A stretch of DNA of 64,000 bases, taken from NCBI GenBank assembly GCA_043823745.1, contig JBDRAN010000003.1, forward strand, positions 2,958 through 66,957, written 5' to 3'. This DNA is from Candidatus Omnitrophota bacterium. GTDB taxonomy: Bacteria; Omnitrophota; Gorgyraeia; Duberdicusellales; 4484-171. Both the position numbers and the translations under genes were made by a program. The notes beneath the pieces are model-generated. The model had not been told where the DNA came from. It worked only from the letters and a program-made list of their open reading frames with translations, and did not search any database. This document shows, piece after piece, positions 57,622 to 64,000 of this stretch (position 1 is its first letter; each line of letters begins with the position of its first letter).

Positions 57622-59059
57622 TGAAATTAATATGAGTTGTGATGACATTAAGAAAAAACTACAGCCCTTCTTGGATGATCTGCTCGCAGAAGACGAGTAT
57701 AAGGCCTTTTCCGCCCATATCGACAATTGCGGCAAATGCAGCGAGCACGTACGGTCTATTGGCGCATTATCAAATCAACTATGGAAATTGGGCAAAGTCA
57801 GAGTTCCGGAAGATCTCGGCTCTACAATAATGTATAAGCTCACTCACCCTAAAGAAAAAACCCAACCATCTAAATTTGTAATATCAAAAAAGCATATTGT
57901 TATAGGTTCTATTTTGGTTTTATTAGCAATTACGGCTTTTTTCGGAATTAATTATTTTAGAAATCAACAACACCCCCATGATAGAGAAAATATCCCTATA
58001 ATCAGAACAGAGATAGTTCGTACACAAAAACCTCCGAGTGATAGTGAAGCACAATCGCTCCTTAAACAGCTAGAGATAATTGCGGCTAAGTTGGGGATTT
58101 CCGGAAAAGATAAAGCTCCCGACGTAGACCTTGAGAAAGAAAGCGTTGTTGATAAAAAGGGTTTAGTCGCAGAAGAGCCCCAAATTAATAACAAAGTTGT
58201 GGTTCCAAAGATAAGACCATTACACTGGCATTTTTGTTATTCTCAAAAGGTTGAGACCGCGCAATCACAAAAGGAAATACAGCGGATTGAGCTAAGAATA
58301 GAGCAGGAACTCAAGAAAAAAGAAGCACTAAATACAGAAATAGAACATTTAAGGGAACAAATTCGCCAGACAGGGCGTGGACAGCATTATTCTGAAGATA
58401 TTCAAGAAACCGTATCGAAGCAGAAACCACAATTAGAGGTTGAATTACAAAAAAGACTGGATAACCTGGAAGAACTGGATATTAATGTAAAGCACCTTGA
58501 AGAAGAAAAACAGAAATTAGAATCTGCATTACGCCAAAGCGTTGAGGAAAAACGCCGAAATGAATCTGAGCGCAAAAGGAAACTATTCAACGCCCTTACC
58601 GCTCTTGGTATTGGGCCGGACTATCAAAAACATGATGTCTTAGTTTTCACCGGTTCAGGCGAGAAAATCGAAGGCGTTATTGAACAGATTCTGTTTATTT
58701 CTGAAAATTCGTCTAATTTTCGTAATTTTACGACCAATGTCCTTACAGTACCGGATAAAGAAAACAGGGTTTCTATCTATCTTGAACATGATGAGGCTGG
58801 GCCTCTCCATTGGCATATCGATCCTATCATACCAAGCAAAAAAACCAATACACTTGATATTATAAAAGAACTCAGCAACACAATTGATTATGAATCAGAT
58901 GAATTATTGATTCTATCTATTCCTGAACCAGAAATTGAGAAATTGCGCAACCGAATACAGGCTACCGGGGTTTCTCTTTCAGAGTATGGTTCTATGGAAT
59001 CGCAAAAAAGGACTTTAAGCAGCGGTCCTGTAACTATATCAATTTATTTTACGAAATGA
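57614..59059 (+). CDS. zinc-finger (ZAS) anti-sigma factor with a large extracytoplasmic part
   Basis: HIDNCGKC, one TM helix, coiled coil, duplicated PLHWH domain. Confidence 0.8.
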   Translation: MHNEINMSCDDIKKKLQPFLDDLLAEDEYKAFSAHIDNCGKCSEHVRSIGALSNQLWKLGKVRVPEDLGSTIMYKLTHPKEKTQPSKFVISKKHIVIGSILVLLAITAFFGINYFRNQQHPHDRENIPIIRTEIVRTQKPPSDSEAQSLLKQLEIIAAKLGISGKDKAPDVDLEKESVVDKKGLVAEEPQINNKVVVPKIRPLHWHFCYSQKVETAQSQKEIQRIELRIEQELKKKEALNTEIEHLREQIRQTGRGQHYSEDIQETVSKQKPQLEVELQKRLDNLEELDINVKHLEEEKQKLESALRQSVEEKRRNESERKRKLFNALTALGIGPDYQKHDVLVFTGSGEKIEGVIEQILFISENSSNFRNFTTNVLTVPDKENRVSIYLEHDEAGPLHWHIDPIIPSKKTNTLDIIKELSNTIDYESDELLILSIPEPEIEKLRNRIQATGVSLSEYGSMESQKRTLSSGPVTISIYFTK

Positions 59060-59068
59060 GGATTAATT

Positions 59069-59833
59069 ATGGCAAAAATTCTTATTGTAGATGATGAAGC
59101 CCGTATCAGGGAACTTCTTCGAAAAGCCCTTACGAGAGAAGGACACGAGGTTGTTAGTGTTCCTTCAACCGAGCAGTCATTGGAGCTTATCTTTAAAGAG
59201 CCATTTGACCTTTTGCTTTTAGATGTTAGGCTCTCCAGAGAATCCGGCCTTTCTGTTTTAAGGAAGGTCAGAGAATACCAAAAAGAAGTTCCAATAGTGG
59301 TTTATTCAGGTGCCATTACGCCTGAACTTGATAAAGAAGCGAGAGAAGCCGGCGCGAATGAAGTATTAAGTAAAGATATTGATGTGCTTCAGCTTGTAGC
59401 GCAAATAGGAAAGATTGTAAATGCTAAAAACAGGATTTTTCAGAAACCTCTTACAAAGGAAGAAAAATCACTTCTTGTTGTTGATGATGAAGAAGGCATC
59501 CGCCGAGTCTTGAGAGAGTTTTTTGTGCGTAAGGGGTATAAAGTTTTTGAGGCAGAAAACGGTGAGAAGGCACTTGGGCTTGCACGTTCTGAAAAAATAT
59601 CAGCAGTTTTATTAGACATGAAAATGCCGGGCATGAATGGTATAGAAACACTAAAGAGGCTCTTAGAGATTAATCCTAAACTTGGCGTTGTTATGACTAC
59701 TGCGGTGGAAGATGAAGATAAGGTCAAAAAAGCGTTAGAATTAGGGGCATATAGCTACGTATTGAAGCCTTGCGATTTTATGTATCTTGAGCTCGTGGTG
59801 ATGTCGAAGTTGGTTATAGCTGGAAGTGATTAG
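59069..59833 (+). CDS. tandem REC-REC response regulator
   Basis: two receiver domains, each with DD, D and K. Confidence 0.9.
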   Translation: MAKILIVDDEARIRELLRKALTREGHEVVSVPSTEQSLELIFKEPFDLLLLDVRLSRESGLSVLRKVREYQKEVPIVVYSGAITPELDKEAREAGANEVLSKDIDVLQLVAQIGKIVNAKNRIFQKPLTKEEKSLLVVDDEEGIRRVLREFFVRKGYKVFEAENGEKALGLARSEKISAVLLDMKMPGMNGIETLKRLLEINPKLGVVMTTAVEDEDKVKKALELGAYSYVLKPCDFMYLELVVMSKLVIAGSD

Positions 59834-59856
59834 AAGTTACTAAAAAAGAGAAAACC

Positions 59857-60224
59857 GTGGCTAAGAAAATATTGGTTATTGATGACGAGGAAAATATTTG
59901 CTCGCTGGTAAGCACATTTCTCGAGAAAAAGGGATACGCTGCCGTAACGGCAAGGAAGGCATCAAAATCGCTCAGCATCGTAGGCCGGATTTAATACTTC
60001 TCGATATTAACATGCCTAAGATGGACGGCTTTGCGGTTTTAGATAAACTCAAAAATTCCGAAAAGACAGTAGCTATTCCGGTGATAATGCTTACCGGAAG
60101 AGGCGATGATGAATCTAAAGTGAAAGCCTCAGGCCTATATTCGGAATATTATATAACCAAACCTTTTGACCTGGAAGAATTAGACGCTAAAATAAAACAG
60201 ATATTTGAAATAAGAGGCGAGTAG
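59857..60224 (+). pseudogene. single-domain response regulator, frameshifted near 59940
   Basis: GTG frame MAKKILVIDDEENICSLVSTFLEKKGY continues in another frame as RNGKEG...LLDINMP...KPF. Confidence 0.75.
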
Positions 60225-60944
60225 GGATTTTATCAATATGTACGAGGTTATCACGAAATGATATCAGAGATTGATGCCGTATAAACCCCCCTTAAGACAC
60301 AAAAAACACGGCCTTAAACGGAAAAAGCCCATAAAAAGAGTGTCGATTTCCTATCACAACTATAGTCAGGAAAGCACCCTTAGTCATCCAAGGAAGGATA
60401 CCTAAAGGGACTGTCGCGAAACGCGTCAGTCCCCGATTACAACGATTAATTCGTGATTACAATGATTGAAAATATTAGTGTTTTAATCGCTGTAATCTTT
60501 TTTAATCTATGGAATCAGGCGCTGTTGCATAATAGCACCAGCGCCCTAAAATACTTCAGAGAAAGTACCCCTAAAGAATAACCGGGAACCAGACCAGAAA
60601 CAAACACTTCCGAGTAGCCCTAAAAACGCTTATCCATTGAGAAAGAACGACCACCCTATATACTTCCTATAATATACATTATGTTACCTTTTTTGTATGG
60701 TCTTTTCTCCCCTATCCACTTGTGGTGCAAATAGTTGTGTAAATAATATAAAATGCTGTGAATTCGGTCTTCCATACTTACCGGTCTCTTTCTTTCTTCT
60801 CCTTTACTCGATTGATCTGCTATTTGGCCTAACCACATACTCTTTATTAAACACAAGCCACCTAAGACACCATCTCTCCATATCAATGCAATCTAGGGGT
60901 ATCCAGAGGCTAGTTTGAGGGTCTCTGTGGGTGGTCAAAAAAGC

Positions 60945-60973
60945 AAAAAGCGGGATTTTGATCCCGCTTTTTT
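60945..60973. terminator. bidirectional intrinsic terminator
   Basis: AAAAAGCGGGAT-TTTG-ATCCCGCTTTTTT. Confidence 0.85.
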
Positions 60974-60982
60974 CTTCTTCAC

Positions 60983-61005
60983 AAAAAAAGGGCCGATAAG
61001 GGCCC
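60983..61005 (-). terminator. riboswitch-linked terminator
   Basis: minus strand GGGCC-CTTATC-GGCCC-TTTTTTT. Confidence 0.75.
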
Positions 61006-61011
61006 GTAAAC

Positions 61012-61158
61012 CCGATTTGCAACCCAGCCGCCATAATAGCCATCTCGGTGCCTAACTTGCCCATCATGGGCACATCCACTTAAAGAGCAACGGCTTCCGG
61101 AGCTACTTTAGGCCTGTGGCTTTGCGCCCCCCGATTTCTCGAGGTTTACCCTTATCGG
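61012..61158 (-). ncRNA. c-di-GMP-I (GEMM) riboswitch with an enlarged P3
   Basis: minus strand CCGATAAGGGTAAACC...GAAA...GGGCGCAAAGCCACAGGCCTAAAG...ATGGCGGCTGGGTTGCAAATCGG. Confidence 0.85.
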
Positions 61159-61165
61159 CAATTTA

Positions 61166-61194
61166 GATATACTATATTTTTTGGAAAGTTTCAA
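61166..61194 (-). promoter_or_regulatory. putative sigma-70 promoter for the GEMM RNA
   Basis: TTGAAA-N17-TATATC ends 7 nt before P1. Confidence 0.5.
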
Positions 61195-61214
61195 GGAAGA
61201 ATGAAAATAAGAAT

Positions 61215-61676
61215 TTAACGCCTGTGCAGCGTGCGAAAATATTGAGTTATGGTAAGTACCATAAGTACGAGAATATAAGAAACTATCCCGCAGCAGGCAG
61301 CCACGACACAATAGCCAACGATAACCGGGAAAATTATTTTTAAGGCGGCTAGGCTGAATAGTTTAACAAAATGAAAATCCCTGAAAAAAACAACCCAGTT
61401 TATGCGCACCGTCTCATAATCAAATCCGGTTATTCGCGCACCGACGGTAACCGAGAATGCAAAGATAACCAGACTGAGCCATGTATTGGTAAGAAGGCCT
61501 CCCAGGAGCGCGCTCGCGCGATTAACCCGAAATAACGTCGCAAGAAATAATGCCGCCAAGGGTCCGGTGCCCGGAAGAATACCCGAGAAAACACCGATAC
61601 CAAAGCCGGCGGCCACCCGCTGAGGGGTATCATTAACTTTAAAAAGCTTCTTAAAAAACGTTCGTATAAATTTCAT
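61215..61676 (-). CDS. DUF2062-family membrane protein
   Basis: DTP-x-x-VA-x-G-x-x-x-GVF-x-G-x-x-P, R-x-N. Confidence 0.85.
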   Translation of the reverse strand: MKFIRTFFKKLFKVNDTPQRVAAGFGIGVFSGILPGTGPLAALFLATLFRVNRASALLGGLLTNTWLSLVIFAFSVTVGARITGFDYETVRINWVVFFRDFHFVKLFSLAALKIIFPVIVGYCVVAACCGIVSYILVLMVLTITQYFRTLHRR

Positions 61677-61747
61677 TTTTTTGCCGTCTCCCCCCCCTCA
61701 CTTATTGAGCCCCCGCTCTTTTAGGGTAAGAAAATTATACCACTCCT

Positions 61748-62701
61748 CTACAGCAACTCATCTAACGCTTCAGGGGTAAAATGAACACCGGCTAAGTCCT
61801 CGCGACTCTCATACTCTTGCACCCAGCCACGTAACCCCAGCTCTTCAACCTGGTCACGGATAGCCTGATACTCGTGGCGACGAATGCGCTCGGTCAAACG
61901 CGGATACACTGAAGCTTTATGGTAGGGCTGGTATTGAAACATCACGCTCACCAGGGCTCTCGGAAGGTGTTCTTTGAGCCAGGCAATCACGGCGAGGCTT
62001 TCATCGACATGCCCCGGCAAAACGAGATGCCGCACAATAATGCCGCTGCGTAACAGGTCGCCATCCCATAGCGCCGTTTGCGCCTGCGCAGACATGGCAA
62101 TGATCGCTTCCTGATTTATACGGGGGTAATCCGGGGCTGCCGAATAACTCTTCGCCGTTTCAGGCCTTATGTATTTCATATCAGGAAGATAAATATCAAC
62201 AATGCCTTCAAGAAGCCGAATGATTGCGGGACTTTCGTAGCCTGACGTATTGTACACAATGGGGCTGGCAAGCCCCTGGGCTAAGGCCATATCCAATGCC
62301 TCTACTATCTGGGGTAGCAGGTGGGTTGGAGTCACCAGATTAATATTATGTGCTCCCTTTTTCTCGAGACTGAGCATAACATGGGCTAATTCCCGGGTGC
62401 TCAAAATCCTGCCGGCACCTTGATGCGAAAACCTATAATTCTGACAATACACGCATTGCAGGTTACAACCTGAAAAAAATATAGTCCCGCTCCCGCCTAT
62501 ACCGCTTATCGCCGGCTCCTCCCCATGATGAAGGAACGCGGTATACACGCGCATCTCCCCTGCCAGGCCACAGGCACCCCGCTCCCCTTTCCCGCGATTA
62601 ACCCGACAGCTACGGGGGCATATATCGCAGGAAGATAACCGTTCCCGCAATCCGGAACGGATTGCCGCAACGCGCTGTATTTTATCATTTCTTGAGCACA
62701 T
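61748..62701 (-). CDS. PflX-like radical SAM protein
   Basis: CDICPRSC-x-VNR, GSGTIFFSGCNLQCVYCQN, NINLVTPTH, VRHLVLPG. Confidence 0.9.
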   Translation of the reverse strand: MCSRNDKIQRVAAIRSGLRERLSSCDICPRSCRVNRGKGERGACGLAGEMRVYTAFLHHGEEPAISGIGGSGTIFFSGCNLQCVYCQNYRFSHQGAGRILSTRELAHVMLSLEKKGAHNINLVTPTHLLPQIVEALDMALAQGLASPIVYNTSGYESPAIIRLLEGIVDIYLPDMKYIRPETAKSYSAAPDYPRINQEAIIAMSAQAQTALWDGDLLRSGIIVRHLVLPGHVDESLAVIAWLKEHLPRALVSVMFQYQPYHKASVYPRLTERIRRHEYQAIRDQVEELGLRGWVQEYESREDLAGVHFTPEALDELL

Positions 62702-63221
62702 CGTGAATTTGAGCCCGGTACAATTCTCTTATCGTATGAAAAAGTGCCAGGTGGCTTTGGCTCTTATAATCAGGATAGGTCGTAGGAAAGCTGCAGAACG
62801 CTTTATCCTGGTAACAAAGGGTTACCTCGGCATAAATCCCTTTTCCCAGGTATAAACGGTGGTAAAAATCCTTCGTTGTGGCAAGAACAAGTTTTGCCTC
62901 ATTGAGATAGCCCGGATCGATATTAACGCTCCGGCGCTTCTGACGCGCATAGGTGCGCTCAATCCTCATCGAAGCTATTTTGAGCACGACAAGGTATTCC
63001 GGATTACGCAGGCGCCGAAAAACAATGAACCTGCGAAAAAGCGGCTTACCCATTTCATGACAATAATACTCGGTAAAGGTGAATTCAAAACGTTCGCTTT
63101 CATAATCAAGCGCGCCGCCAATTTTTATAAGTTCTTTTTTTGCCTTTTGATAGAGATCTTCGCTGGTATAGATGAGGCTTGCGAAAAATTTTACCGGCAA
63201 GGGAAAATGCCTTGTAAGCAT
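62685..63221 (-). CDS. DUF4416-family protein
   Basis: T-x-YY-x-x-EMG, R-x-VNIDPGY, LATTK-x-x-x-HR-x-YL-x-x-GIYAE, YPDY. Confidence 0.88.
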   Translation of the reverse strand: MLTRHFPLPVKFFASLIYTSEDLYQKAKKELIKIGGALDYESERFEFTFTEYYCHEMGKPLFRRFIVFRRLRNPEYLVVLKIASMRIERTYARQKRRSVNIDPGYLNEAKLVLATTKDFYHRLYLGKGIYAEVTLCYQDKAFCSFPTTYPDYKSQSHLALFHTIRELYRAQIHDVLKK

Positions 63222-63605
63222 TTATGCGTTAGCGGTAGGAAAAACCGATCGGTGATGAACGTGACTATTAATATAAGAAACGAGAGCTTTGCGGTCAGAT
63301 TCTTTTATGTCGTTAAAATAGATGCCGACATGATACGCGTATTTACCATTATCGCGTACATGCTCCGTGCGGACTACAACACCCTGGCAGCGGATCTTTT
63401 TAACGGTTGAGCGTCCGCGGGCGTTGGCGAGCGGAATCAAAATAATAATGGCAAGCTTGGTCATCGCCTCAAAGGGCTTGCTGACCGCGCAGTAAACCCC
63501 GTTACCACTGATATTCTTGGTCTCCGTAACCACGTCAAAATCGACGTCAGAAAGCTTCAGAGACACCGATTTGATAATTCGAGGATATTGTCGTTTATCT
63601 TTCAT
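63222..63605 (-). CDS. PilZ-domain protein
   Basis: RQYPR and NISGNG c-di-GMP motifs. Confidence 0.88.
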   Translation of the reverse strand: MKDKRQYPRIIKSVSLKLSDVDFDVVTETKNISGNGVYCAVSKPFEAMTKLAIIILIPLANARGRSTVKKIRCQGVVVRTEHVRDNGKYAYHVGIYFNDIKESDRKALVSYINSHVHHRSVFPTANA

Positions 63606-63613
63606 GCGAATAT

Positions 63614-63760
63614 TTAGGCGGGCTGCTTCTTCTTTTTCAAGAATTCCTTAAAGCAGGATTTATTGCAGAAATAACCGCTGTCCCGATAGTACCAGGAGAC
63701 TCGTTTCATAGACTTGTTACAGCTTAAACAATTTTTTCTTTTTTCCTCGGTTTTTGCCAT
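63614..63760 (-). CDS. 48-aa Cys4 zinc-finger-like protein (absent from the ORF track)
   Basis: MAKTEEKRKNCLSCNKSMKRVSWYYRDSGYFCNKSCFKEFLKKKKQPA*; fills the gap between two PilZ genes. Confidence 0.7.
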   Translation of the reverse strand: MAKTEEKRKNCLSCNKSMKRVSWYYRDSGYFCNKSCFKEFLKKKKQPA

Positions 63761-63766
63761 AGTATT

Positions 63767-64000
63767 TTATGCGTTATACATTTTGCTCAATAAACGCGTG
63801 AGGGCGCCCTTGCTTGATTCACTCACCTCGACGAACTGTAACCCCGCGGAGTAACGATCCGCGACACTCTCTTTCGCACACCAAACTACCTTCGCTTTTA
63901 TATCAACAATCGCATCGATAAGGTTAATGTTAAGCTTGAATGTCTCTCCACATGCGAGAAAATCATTACTCACGATACGCACGCCTGTGGCGCTTAAATC
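63767..64000 (-). CDS. PilZ-domain protein, 5'-truncated by the window edge
   Basis: DLSATGVRI...AKVVW...AGLQF. Confidence 0.8.
   Translation of the reverse strand, partial: DLSATGVRIVSNDFLACGETFKLNINLIDAIVDIKAKVVWCAKESVADRYSAGLQFVEVSESSKGALTRLLSKMYNA

Noticed and set aside
60230-60940. ORFs 60656-60886(-), 60697-60918(+) and 60804-61079(-)
   Set aside because: No motifs or convincing RBS; they overlap each other and, in one case, terminators and the riboswitch.
881-63410. Numerous short antisense or alternative-frame ORFs in the track
   Set aside because: They are shadows of well-supported genes and have no independent motifs.

Overview
Bacterial chromosomal window, nearly all + strand up to ~60.2 kb, then a converging - strand operon. 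Gene content suggests an anaerobic diderm bacterium; PVC/Omnitrophota-like is an impression only. In order: (1) the tail of a probable tRNA/tmRNA-integrated island; (2) a 17-gene group 4 [NiFe]-hydrogenase/Mrp-antiporter operon led by sulfhydrogenase beta/gamma-like NAD(P)H subunits, with a perfect Rex box; (3) housekeeping genes glyQS, ppdK, a sigma-70 factor and apt; (4) a Zur-boxed TonB uptake cassette; (5) tRNA-Arg(CCT); (6) a cobalamin-riboswitch-controlled B12 salvage operon that starts with an unannotated 38-aa peptide plus a radical SAM/SPASM enzyme (CbpA/CbpB-like) and ends in btuB with a second, short riboswitch; (7) a signalling island where an orphan CheD lies next to a histidine kinase whose 11 heptad repeats match the chemoreceptor deamidation/methylation consensus; (8) an orphan c-di-GMP-I riboswitch and PilZ genes. 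Many REP/MITE-like palindromes fill the intergenic spaces. All calls come from reading motifs by eye; no searches were run.
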